Assembly (NCBI RefSeq): GCF_965208475.1
Contig: NZ_OZ242338.1
Span: forward strand, 1,555,177-1,619,176
Reading direction: 5' to 3'
DNA length: 64,000 nt
Origin: Candidatus Poriferisocius sp.
Lineage (GTDB): Bacteria > Actinomycetota > Acidimicrobiia > Acidimicrobiales > Bin134
Under the pieces are notes generated by a model. It worked only from the letters and a program-made list of their open reading frames with translations. It made no database searches and was not told the DNA's origin. Made by a program: the position numbers and the translations under genes. This document shows, in pieces, positions 19,170 to 28,491 of the stretch; within the stretch, counting starts at the first letter, position 1, and each line of letters opens with the position of its first letter.

Positions 19170-20465
19170 TCAGTTCAACAGCAGCTGCTTGGAACTCTCA
19201 GGCCGCCAGGTCGTGACTCCCACTTCGGGGAAGGTGTCCGTAAGGGCATCGGGGCTGGATTGCGATCTTGCATGGGATGGCCCCGAGCGTGCCTGCCCAG
19301 GGGGGAAGTCGGCGTAGGGCGCTGGCGGTGGTCGCAGTTCGTAGGTGCCGATTCGGTTTCGTTGTACCGTCCAGCCGTCGTCGTGGATGTTGTGGTGGCA
19401 GCTTCTACAGACGAGCACCAGGTTGTCGATGTCGGTGCGGCCGCCTGTCAGCCATTCTTCGATGTGATGGGCCTCGCACCATACCGCTGATCGCCCGCAG
19501 CCGATGCAGTGCTTGTCGCGGATGATGAGCGCAGCCCGCTGAGCCTCGGTAGCCAAGCGGTGTTTGCGCCCTACCCACAGTTCCTGGTTCTTGGTGTTGA
19601 ACACAGAAGGCACGATGTCGGCGTTGCAGGCCAGCCGCAGAGCCTCAGACACAGGCAAAGGCGTGCCGTCGCACAGGCGGGCATCAGCCAGCTTCTGGTT
19701 CAAAGCGTCCCACTCGGCAGTCAAGATCAAGGTGGCACCCTGCGGTCTGCGGTCTTTGGTGTCAGCACAGACCAGATTCTCCAAGGCGTCGGCCATCCGC
19801 TGGTCGAACGCCGTCTGGTCGCCATCTTTGCTGCTGTTGGCCAGACGGCGCACCTCATCGGCCAGCGCCGCCTCCATACGATTCCCCGCAACCGGGTCGA
19901 ACCGCCCGTTCAAAACGAACATGCCGTCGTCAGCAGACTTGAAGAAACTAAACGAACGCCGCTCCCGCTGCTTGGCCATCAACGACTTGCCGTCATCGCC
20001 CGACCGCTCATGCTGATGGTCGCGCAACGTTCGGGAGAAAGTGCCGAAATCCTCGCGCCGGGCCGCCTCCACCAACACGGACTCGTCAACCGGCCCCTGC
20101 GAAGCAGCCCTGGCGATTTGGGTGGCGTGGGCCGCGGGAATCTCCCCGGCGCCCAGAGCGTCGAGAGTCTCGGGAACCCCAGAAAGCTGAGAAGCCGCCT
20201 CCACCTCGCGGCGGGCCTGCTGCTTGGAAGCCTGCAACTCCTCCAACACCACCCGACGGGCCAAACCCTCGCCACCCCGGCAGGAATACTCAGCCAGCGC
20301 AGCCGCCTTCATCGCCGCCAGCCGGGCCTCGGCCTTCTTGATCAACCCCAACCGCGCCCGCAACTCCGACAACGACAGCCCAGCCACATCAACCGCCTCC
20401 GGCCAAACCAGCCCCGACGGCCCGCAACCAACCTGTTTCCCCTGTTCACAGGACCTAAACTCCAT
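19170..20465 (-). CDS. DUF222-HNH endonuclease (REP13E12-like)
   Basis: QRMADAL, RLACNA, RDKHCIGC, CEAHH..W..GG.TDIDNLVLVC..CH..IH; start placed at ATG 20465, 7 nt after TATACT. Confidence 0.85.
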   Translation of the reverse strand: MEFRSCEQGKQVGCGPSGLVWPEAVDVAGLSLSELRARLGLIKKAEARLAAMKAAALAEYSCRGGEGLARRVVLEELQASKQQARREVEAASQLSGVPETLDALGAGEIPAAHATQIARAASQGPVDESVLVEAARREDFGTFSRTLRDHQHERSGDDGKSLMAKQRERRSFSFFKSADDGMFVLNGRFDPVAGNRMEAALADEVRRLANSSKDGDQTAFDQRMADALENLVCADTKDRRPQGATLILTAEWDALNQKLADARLCDGTPLPVSEALRLACNADIVPSVFNTKNQELWVGRKHRLATEAQRAALIIRDKHCIGCGRSAVWCEAHHIEEWLTGGRTDIDNLVLVCRSCHHNIHDDGWTVQRNRIGTYELRPPPAPYADFPPGQARSGPSHARSQSSPDALTDTFPEVGVTTWRPESSKQLLLN

Positions 20466-20684
20466 ACATGCAAGTATACCCACCCCAGTGACAACAACCC
20501 CTTGGATAAGCGCATACAGGCGAATACATCCTGGAATTCATTGACTTCGACTTGAACATAAACAACAAGGCCCACATTACGGGGCGACAGTATGAGACAC
20601 ACGATATGTGCAATGCCCCGCTAACGCGTTGTATCTGCCCTCAGTCCATGCGGCGCGTACGCCTTCGAGCCCTGCCGAGTCCCC

Positions 20685-20927
20685 CTAATCGCTCGATTGG
20701 AAGGGAGGCGGAATGAGGTCTTCATACATGGCTGGGTCGGGGGGCACGACCGCCACTTTGCCATTGTGCCGCGTCACGACCCCTGTGCCGGTTTGATAAG
20801 CCAAGAGGTGCGCGTCCTTGGCGGCCAGCCTCAGCGACCGCAAGATGGATTCGGTCAATTCCTCGCCGCGCAAGACAGGAGGATGGTCGGCAAAGACCTC
20901 TTGGTCGTTATCGCTCGGATCAGTCAC
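20685..20927 (-). CDS. Small hypothetical protein, probable partner of the zeta-like ATPase
   Basis: 80 aa, overlaps the ATPase 3' end; LRLAA..A...A..TGT.VV..NGKV pattern recalled from such partner genes. Confidence 0.55.
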   Translation of the reverse strand: MTDPSDNDQEVFADHPPVLRGEELTESILRSLRLAAKDAHLLAYQTGTGVVTRHNGKVAVVPPDPAMYEDLIPPPFQSSD

Positions 20928-21446
20928 GGTTCATGCCTTGCTCGACGAGCAGCGGCACCGGCCCAGAGTTGTCCAACACCCTCCACTCGTCAACCCTACC
21001 AATGTAGTGCTCATACAAGTTCCGCAGTCCAGCATCGAAGCGCCTGCGAACCACATCTTCAGGCACCGGATGGCCCCCCTGTCTCACCCTCTCAGCTACC
21101 CGCCGCACAGCATCCTCGGGGCTGCCAAGACTCAGATACACCAGAACAACCCAATAACCGTCGCATCGCCATCGATCGATGCGCCTCAAGTAGCTGCGGC
21201 CCGCCAGGGTGGTCTCGAAAGCAAAGCTGCGCCCCTGGCCAGCCAGACTGTTGATCTCGGCCAGCATCAGCCGGCGGCTGCGGCTTCCACACCTGTTCCG
21301 CGACTAAGCGGCGACAACCCGGCGGCAATGAGATCGGCATTGACGAAGTGCAGACCAGGCGCCTCGCTTCGCAGATGCCTCATCGCAAACGTGGTCTTTC
21401 CCGCACCATTAGGGCCAGCAATCACGTAGATCTGCTTGTCGGCCAT
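20920..21446 (-). pseudogene. Zeta-toxin-like P-loop ATPase (COG4185-like), frameshifted
   Basis: ATG 21446 reads [33 protein letters not shown] and stops at 21269-21267; second frame continues RLMLAEI..SFAFETTL..RVAERVRQGGH.VPE. Confidence 0.8.
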
Positions 21447-21764
21447 GCAAGAACACGATAGGCGGCTCGAACTCTGCGCCTCGGATGCGAAATGGATTCA
21501 CAAATCCCGATTGGGGAGCCTCGAACTTCAGTCGTGGCCTGGACACAGCTCCGCCTTGTAGTGCTTGCCTCGACGAAAAGTGGGTGACTTGCGAAGCGTG
21601 ACTCACCGAATTGGGGCGATGTGGCTCCGGCGGCAAATCGGCAGGACATGAGGGCGACGGGGCGTATGCTCAGCACGAGCGCAGAACATCCCCCATGTGT
21701 GTCGGGTGCCTTGCGCTGGTCAACGGGCGACAGGAGTAGTACGCCTCAAGGAGGCAGCGGCTAG

Positions 21765-23210
21765 TTGTACGGAGAGTGGTGGATCGAGGCGCGCAAGCGT
21801 CCGCCGAAAAATTACAAGCCTCCAATACACACCGTCGCGGGAGATCTCCTGGCTGATGGAATGTCTGATTGGGCTTTGGAGACGATCGGAAGTCTGACTG
21901 CTGAGTCAATTTGGCAACATACGGGAAGTCCCGTTGTCATGACCGAAGACGACCTTGTCACCATCAGGGGCACGGACAGCGCTGGGAAGTCATACAGCTT
22001 GCTTGGGTGCTACGACACCAACTCGATTATGCAGTCCTCAAGCATCCGCGATGGGGTGCAGCGCTGGGCGGTGAGCACCATTGTCGAAGGGGATGGCACA
22101 TGGGTAGGCCCCGACTCGGAGGTCGAGGAAATCTCCATCTCGTTCCGCGACCTCGCTGCGTGGGCGACAGACGTCAGGAATAGTCCATTCACCTTCGATG
22201 CTGACGCGCATGTCATGTCGTTCCATGGGACATGGAACGACGAAGAGAGCCTGGTGCAGGACTGCTCGGTCAGGCTTCGTCATGGCTTTAGTTGGTCGTC
22301 ATCCGACAGCCGCTTCGTTGCAAACGCGTCCGCATCAATCACGATCTCCGACACGCTGAAGCTCCAGCAGGTAGCCGAAAAGTGGATTCGTCCCATCAAT
22401 GACCTGATGTCGCTGCTCGCCATGCGCCCGAGCTTTCCAATAAGCATCCGCGCACATCTCTTGGAGAGGTTCGGGCGAGAGCGCCCCACTGAAATCGACA
22501 TTCGGATTCCACAGGCATTGGACCATGTAGACGAGGACGACGCGGACGAGGGCATCGTCCCCCGACAGTTGGAGATGCTTGTCACCCGTGTCGGGTTACA
22601 AGAGGCGGGAGTGACTTTCGAGGCCTTGTTAGGAGGCTGGTTTACTGTCCAGGGCAATGACAAGCTCCGCGTGGCTTTCGAGCGTCTCGCGGACTCCCAA
22701 GCGAAGACATCAGGTTTTTCGTTCGATGACTCTCTCTTGCATGCCTGCAACGGCCTCGAGAGCCTTCACGCTGCTTGCTTCGATGGAAGCGTTTCTGAAG
22801 ACGCCGCCACGAAGGAGATACTGACTCGACTTCAAGATACCGTGCCCGCCAGCCACAAGGACCTCCTCTCAAACCGGCTGGCGACTACCCGGAACAAGAG
22901 CTTTATTGAAAAGACAGACGAGATCGCCCAAAGCTGTGGGGACACGGGACGAGCCATCTTGGAGGCCTACCCCAACCTGGTCCCAGACATCAACAAATTC
23001 CGCACGAGAGCAGCGCATGCCAACACGAAGCCGAAAGATCCAACCGGTCAGATTGACGTGCTCATCGGCAGTCAGTGGCTACTGCGCCATTCCCTGCTCC
23101 AAGCACTCGGAATCGCAACGGCGGAATGCGACGCCATCATCCTCCCAAACTTCACCTTCAAGAATCAACTGCGACGCCTCGAGGCCCGCCACGCATCAGG
23201 CACCGCCTAA
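21765..23210 (+). CDS. ApeA-like protein: N-terminal domain plus C-terminal HEPN RNase
   Basis: GEWW..VAGDL N-terminus, GLESLH, and Rx4H motif RTRAAH; AAGGAGG upstream of TTG start. Confidence 0.7.
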   Translation: MYGEWWIEARKRPPKNYKPPIHTVAGDLLADGMSDWALETIGSLTAESIWQHTGSPVVMTEDDLVTIRGTDSAGKSYSLLGCYDTNSIMQSSSIRDGVQRWAVSTIVEGDGTWVGPDSEVEEISISFRDLAAWATDVRNSPFTFDADAHVMSFHGTWNDEESLVQDCSVRLRHGFSWSSSDSRFVANASASITISDTLKLQQVAEKWIRPINDLMSLLAMRPSFPISIRAHLLERFGRERPTEIDIRIPQALDHVDEDDADEGIVPRQLEMLVTRVGLQEAGVTFEALLGGWFTVQGNDKLRVAFERLADSQAKTSGFSFDDSLLHACNGLESLHAACFDGSVSEDAATKEILTRLQDTVPASHKDLLSNRLATTRNKSFIEKTDEIAQSCGDTGRAILEAYPNLVPDINKFRTRAAHANTKPKDPTGQIDVLIGSQWLLRHSLLQALGIATAECDAIILPNFTFKNQLRRLEARHASGTA

Positions 23211-23524
23211 CCTGGTGGGGATTGCTGTCGAGGTGGTGTGGTGAGTTGCAACGGATACCGAGGGACGTATACCCGATAGTGGCGTGCCGTAATCGAAGAT
23301 CAATCGCCTGCTCTCAGCGCCTGCCTCTTAGGGGCCGAGCGGATAGGCGCTGACCTGCGGAAACATCTGAACCCCGGACTGCGACTCCAGTTCCTTGACC
23401 TGCAGTTTTGCTGGGGCACATCGCGGTCCGAACGGAATCCACCGAGATCCGTGTCGCCTATCCGCGAAGCCTCTTAATTCCATTGCGTTGGCGGCGGCCG
23501 TCGAGATCAGAGAGAGGTCGACGC

Positions 23525-23563
23525 GCCCGGCACCACTACGCGCCAAGCGTAGTGGTGCCGGGC
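23525..23563. terminator. Perfect 17-bp stem hairpin, probable terminator between convergent genes
   Basis: GCCCGGCACCACTACGC-GCCAA-GCGTAGTGGTGCCGGGC, just past the stop codon of the minus-strand ORF ending at 23581. Confidence 0.6.
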
Positions 23564-23580
23564 AAACGCGCATGTGCAGT

Positions 23581-24270
23581 TCAGTCTGAATCCTCCGCGT
23601 CATCAACCTCCGGCCCGTCTTCCGGGACTGATGACGTTCTCAGGAACTGGATGCGGGACGCGCTGATGATTGCTATGTCGTCGTACCATTCGTAGCGCTC
23701 GCCTCGTTCGTCCGAGTCCTCAAGTGGCCAGTACCAAGGATCGAGGAGGCACAGATCTCGTTCCTCTGTTTCCTCGTAGTCCTCGTTGAAGCTGAGCAGG
23801 ATACCGGCGACCACCGATCCGTCAGTGAGGTGGCAGTACACAACTGTGTCGCCTTCTGGGTGCTCCAACCAGTCGCTCCACGAGGAGCGCTGTGTCCGTC
23901 CATGTCTGTCCAGCCAGCCGGCTACAGCCCTTCCTCCGACAAGGGCCAATCCGCTGGATATCCCCAGAACCACTGCACACCACCAGAACACGTAGGACAG
24001 GTGGTTGCTCAGGTACTGGCCGGGATCGTCCGCGATCCGCCCTATGTCAGGAGTGTGCGAGGGACTGGCTGCTCTTATGACGGCGAATACGCAGAGTCCG
24101 GCAAATGTCGCTAAGAAACCCGGGACGATCAGCAGCGCCGTTTCTCTGAATCCCAGAGGCCTCTTGGCGGCAAGGCCTGACTGCCTGCCGGATTCCCTGC
24201 CAATCCTGTAGCTGAAGCCTGGGACTAGGACCAGTCCCAGGGCCAGCACTCCTGTGAATGCGCCGGTCAC
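23581..24270 (-). CDS. Membrane protein, DUF6338-like
   Basis: LVLVPGF N-terminus, 3 TM helices, then SSWS..V...L.DG..V.G soluble Sm-like tail. Confidence 0.6.
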   Translation of the reverse strand: MTGAFTGVLALGLVLVPGFSYRIGRESGRQSGLAAKRPLGFRETALLIVPGFLATFAGLCVFAVIRAASPSHTPDIGRIADDPGQYLSNHLSYVFWWCAVVLGISSGLALVGGRAVAGWLDRHGRTQRSSWSDWLEHPEGDTVVYCHLTDGSVVAGILLSFNEDYEETEERDLCLLDPWYWPLEDSDERGERYEWYDDIAIISASRIQFLRTSSVPEDGPEVDDAEDSD

Positions 24271-25060
24271 CTACTGCTGAGTGCCCCTCTGAGCACTGCC
24301 TTGGCTCTGTGATCTGGCGTTGTGGGCCTCAGCCCGTCTTTGGCGCGATTCGTCGCTGGTCCTGCTTCTGTCCCTCACATGCCGCTGCCCGAAAACCTCG
24401 CGCTTTTCGCCCATGTCAACTCCAGTCCGTGAGCCGCACCATTGACATTAGATTAGCGGTGCTTTCCTGCGAATCAATACCCACGGACGGCTCCAGGGCA
24501 GATAATCCAGAGCCGGACAGGCTATTTTGGCTGCTCAGACAGTGTTTTCTAGTGCTCCTGCTGCTTGGATAGCCCTTCGGTAAGCTCTTCCGGCATCGCG
24601 TCGAAGTCGAACGCCTCTTCCGGGTTGAAGAACTCGTCATCTCCGAGGGCGGAAAAGATGGCTTCGGTACATCGGGGACGACGCCGATGACGGGCTGGGG
24701 GTGCAGCAGCAGCTTGCTCTCGAATTCATGAAGTCGCAGTGACCACAGACGCGTAGCTTCTCGAGGATGCCTGAAGAGACCTTTGGCGTGGATCGCCGCC
24801 TTGCCTTCATCTTCGAGACCGAAACAGCGGTGACCTTCGTAGGGGAGGGCGTCCAGTCCATCGCTGAATGGGACGCCACAAAAGACCGAAGAATCGTCGG
24901 CTTGCACTTGGCGTGACCCCTCTGGAGGAGTCTGAGCTCTTCTGTGGCATCCCCTCAAACTGTCACCGCAGGCCCATACACTCGCAGCGAGATAGCTAGC
25001 CACCTGCAACTAGATCACTTGCGGGCGATAACAAGATTCTGGCGATGTGCAAGGAGTCTG

Positions 25061-26452
25061 ATGTCCAAGCAGCGAAAGGAGGAGGGCATGGAGGAAGCAA
25101 CAGAAGGGGTGAGCAAGACGGTGAAGATTGCTGTTCCCGAGTTTGTCGCAGAAGTGGCCAGCCCCTTTGCCAATGATCTGTTGGATCGTGGGCCGCGGGT
25201 GAGGCTGCTTTGCGATTTCGGCAGATCGGTCTCCGACCATGCGGTAATCGCCGTCGATGGGGGGTGGGGTACTGGCAAAACTGCGTTTCTGATGATGTGC
25301 AAGGCCTACCTAGAGCAGCAGGAAGTTAGGGTCGCCGAGTTCAACGCCTGGACCGAGAGCTACACGGCTGACCCGGTGTTCAATCTCGCCTCGGCACTGG
25401 CTGAAGTAGTGGAAGAGGACCGGCGTGCCAAACTGCTTGGAGCGGCGAAAGCCATAGTCGTGGCTGCCGGGAAGAATCTGCCACTCAAGGTCGGCGAAGT
25501 TGTGACCGAGGCGGCAGAGGCAATCGCCCAGGACCAAGCATTCCCAAACGGCCTGCCTGAGTACCGCAATTGCGTCCGACGATTCAAAAAGGCGCTGGAA
25601 CAAGAAGCAGAAAAAGCAGACGGCCCGCTGGTAGTGCTGGTGGACGAACTGGACCGCTGTTTGCCCCAGCAGGTCGTCGAATATCTGGGGGCCATTCACA
25701 ACCTGCTGGCAGTGCCAGGGGTGGTTGTAGTGCTGGCAATCAACCTAGAAGAGACGGCGAAAGGGCTGGAAGCGGTCTATGGAAGCGCATACGGCTCTGA
25801 GCGGTACTTGCAGCGCTTCTTCGACCTGCGGATGAGTCTCCCCGGCGCAACGGGCAGCGACGACTTATCCGGCTTGGTCAACCACCTGCGGGAGCACCTG
25901 GAGATCGAAGTAGAAGCAGACACCAGCCGCGGCTACATCGACGGATTGCTGACGACCACTGCGCTGGCAACCGGCGGCGCTCTGAGGGACTTGCAACGGG
26001 TCGCTCAGGCTCTCCGGTGGACGATGGCTGTCGGCCTTGAATCGGCGGCAAGCTGGCGCATCAACAGCCCGGAGCGGTACGCCGAGTGTGTTCGAGCCGC
26101 GTTGGCGCTGTTGATCCTGCGACATCTCGACCCGGAGGGCTACCGGCTCTTCACTGAGGCAAAGGCGAATCCCCATTCGGCCATGTTGCGATTGCACAGC
26201 CATCTCTTGGGAGCCGAACCGGAATCGGCTCACGCAGCGTTCGCGATGACCGCGTATTTTGACTTGCTCTCAGCGGAAACTGGTGGGAATCAGGTCACCG
26301 AGGAACAGTTCCAAGAGATAGCAGACCTCTACTCCTTCCAAAACCACCGGGAGACCTATTCCCGCTATAACAGCTTCAGGCAACAGATCATGCGGCACCT
26401 CAACGGCCAGGTTCCACAGGTGGTACTGGCAGCAGTAGAAATGACAACCTGA
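25061..26452 (+). CDS. KAP family P-loop NTPase
   Basis: AVDGGWGTGKT, FNAW, VLVDELDRC, YLQRFFD; AAGGAG before ATG 25061. Confidence 0.88.
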   Translation: MSKQRKEEGMEEATEGVSKTVKIAVPEFVAEVASPFANDLLDRGPRVRLLCDFGRSVSDHAVIAVDGGWGTGKTAFLMMCKAYLEQQEVRVAEFNAWTESYTADPVFNLASALAEVVEEDRRAKLLGAAKAIVVAAGKNLPLKVGEVVTEAAEAIAQDQAFPNGLPEYRNCVRRFKKALEQEAEKADGPLVVLVDELDRCLPQQVVEYLGAIHNLLAVPGVVVVLAINLEETAKGLEAVYGSAYGSERYLQRFFDLRMSLPGATGSDDLSGLVNHLREHLEIEVEADTSRGYIDGLLTTTALATGGALRDLQRVAQALRWTMAVGLESAASWRINSPERYAECVRAALALLILRHLDPEGYRLFTEAKANPHSAMLRLHSHLLGAEPESAHAAFAMTAYFDLLSAETGGNQVTEEQFQEIADLYSFQNHRETYSRYNSFRQQIMRHLNGQVPQVVLAAVEMTT

Positions 26453-26562
26453 TGAACCGGGAGCATTGACCATGACCGGACCCTGTTGTTTTTTCCAGGT
26501 GAGGATTCGGCAGGCTCTTTCGATGGATGTAGTTGAATGCATTTCAGGTGGGGGGAACTCCA

Positions 26563-26757
26563 TCAGTGGTTGCAGCGGGTCGGCCACGATGTCCGGCGTG
26601 TTGCAGCAACCAACCGATGGAGGCCGCTCACGACAGGCCCGCGCTTTTCATACACGGCCATGACGAGGACGCGTGCCCAAGGAGCCTGCTCATTGGCCCA
26701 CTCAACCAAGATTCCCTGTGGCGAGCGCGCGCTCTTTCCCGCTTGAACCACTCCCAC
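26563..26757 (-). pseudogene. Possible truncated N-terminal fragment of a large AAA-family protein
   Basis: AAGGAGG RBS before GTG 26757; ILVEWANEQAPWARVL resembles WxxxQPxW N-termini of defence ATPases; ORF only 64 aa. Confidence 0.3.
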
Positions 26758-26946
26758 CGATATGCCTCCTTGGAAACTTGATTCTCCAAGACCTGAAGAT
26801 ACCGGTGTCTTCTCAAGAACGGGGTCTTGGGTTGTGAGAGGGTGACCTCCCGAGGCAAGTCCACGCCGATTCCCGCGACTGAATTGGGCTGCATTGTGAT
26901 CTGAGCTTGCAGGCGCGGCAAGAATGGCACGACAGAGAGGGCAGGC

Positions 26947-28491
26947 GTGGCGACGGATCTTGGTGAGCTTCAGAACAAGTTGTGGGAGGCGGCGGATCAG
27001 CTTCGGGCGAACTCGGGGTTGAAGGCTTCGGAGTATGCGTCGCCGGTGTTGGGGCTGATCTTTCTGCGGTATGCGGATGAACGGTTTGCCCAGGCTGCGG
27101 AGGTGGTGGGGTCGGGGTCTGAGCGGCGGCCGATTGGGCCGGAGGATTACCAGGCTGCTGGGGCGCTGTATCTGCCGGAGGAGTCGCGGTTTGAGGGGCT
27201 GCTCGACCTGCCTGAGGGTGCCGATGTGGGCAGAGCGGTCAACCAGGCGATGGCTGGCATAGAGGCTTGCAACCCGGACCTTCAGGGGGTGCTGCCGAAG
27301 GACTACTCGCGCATCCCAGACGACATCCTAGGAGAGCTGTTGCGGCTGTTGAGCCGTCTGCCGGAGGCGATCGAGGGGGACGGGTTCGGGTTGATCTACG
27401 AGTACTTCTTGGGTCAGTTCGCCTTCTCGGAGGGGCAAAAGGGCGGGGAGTTCTTCACCCCTACCTCGATCGTGCGGCTCATCGTGGAAATCCTCGAGCC
27501 GTTCCACGGCAAGATCTACGACCCCGCGTGCGGCTCTGGCGGGATGTTCATACAGTCGGCCCACTTCGTGGAGCGCCACCGCAGCGACCCCAGCCGGGAG
27601 CTGTCGGTCTATGGCCAGGAGAAGACCGGCGACACCGTCAAGCTCGCCAAGATGAACCTCGCGGCCCACGGTCTGGCCGGCGACATCAAAGAGGGCAACA
27701 CCTACTACGAAGACCTCCACGACGCGGTCGGCGAGTTCGACTTCGTGATGGCCAATCCCCCGTTCAATGTCAACAAGATCGACAAGGCCAAGCTCGAAGA
27801 CGACCCCCGGTTCCCGTTCGGGCTGCCCAAGCCCGACAATGGCAACTACCTGTGGATCCAGACCTTCTACTCCGCGCTCAACCGAAACGGGAGGGCCGGG
27901 TTCGTGATGGCCAACTCGGCATCAGACGCCCGAGGCAGCGAACTCGAGATACGCCGCAAGCTGATCGAGGACCGCAGCGTCGACGTGATCATCGCCGTCG
28001 GCACCAACATGTTCTACACCGTGACCTTGCCCGTGACCCTGTGGTTCCTCGACCGCGGCAAGAAGTACACCGACCAAGCCGACCAAGTGCTCTTCATTGA
28101 CGCAAGAGAGATCTACAACCCAATCGACCGGGCTCACCGAGACTGGACACCCCAGCAGATCGAGTTCCTCGCCAACATCGTCCGACTCTGGCGAGGCGGA
28201 GAGCCGGAGTTCGACGCCGGTAGTAGAGAGATGCTCAGCGACAGGTTCTCCGAAGGCTCTTATTCAGACGTTGCCGGCCTCTGTGCTGTCGCGACGGTAG
28301 AGCAGATTGAGGGACAGGACTGGAGCTTGAACCCGGGCAGGTATGTCGGACTTGCTTCCCACGGTGTCGATGACATCGAATTTTTCGCCACGATGGAACT
28401 CCTTGAAGAGCAGTTCGCGACTTTGACAGCAGAAGCGACGGCGTTGTCGGATTTCGTGCAGACGAAAATTGACAGGGTGCTGCGCCAGTGA
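26947..28491 (+). CDS. hsdM: Type I RM methyltransferase subunit (m6A)
   Basis: LWEAADQLR, GEFFTP, YDPACGSGG, NPPF. Confidence 0.96.
   Translation: MATDLGELQNKLWEAADQLRANSGLKASEYASPVLGLIFLRYADERFAQAAEVVGSGSERRPIGPEDYQAAGALYLPEESRFEGLLDLPEGADVGRAVNQAMAGIEACNPDLQGVLPKDYSRIPDDILGELLRLLSRLPEAIEGDGFGLIYEYFLGQFAFSEGQKGGEFFTPTSIVRLIVEILEPFHGKIYDPACGSGGMFIQSAHFVERHRSDPSRELSVYGQEKTGDTVKLAKMNLAAHGLAGDIKEGNTYYEDLHDAVGEFDFVMANPPFNVNKIDKAKLEDDPRFPFGLPKPDNGNYLWIQTFYSALNRNGRAGFVMANSASDARGSELEIRRKLIEDRSVDVIIAVGTNMFYTVTLPVTLWFLDRGKKYTDQADQVLFIDAREIYNPIDRAHRDWTPQQIEFLANIVRLWRGGEPEFDAGSREMLSDRFSEGSYSDVAGLCAVATVEQIEGQDWSLNPGRYVGLASHGVDDIEFFATMELLEEQFATLTAEATALSDFVQTKIDRVLRQ

Noticed and set aside
20655-21530. 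tRNA fragments or att sites (TTCGAGCCCTGCC near 20664; GTTCGAG on the minus strand near 21470 and 21525)
   Set aside because: No paired T-stem, acceptor stem or CCA could be built.
23205-23340. Integron attC site (GCCTAAC at the HEPN gene stop)
   Set aside because: No matching GTTRRRY end or attC-like inverted repeat, no intI, and neighbouring genes are not co-oriented.
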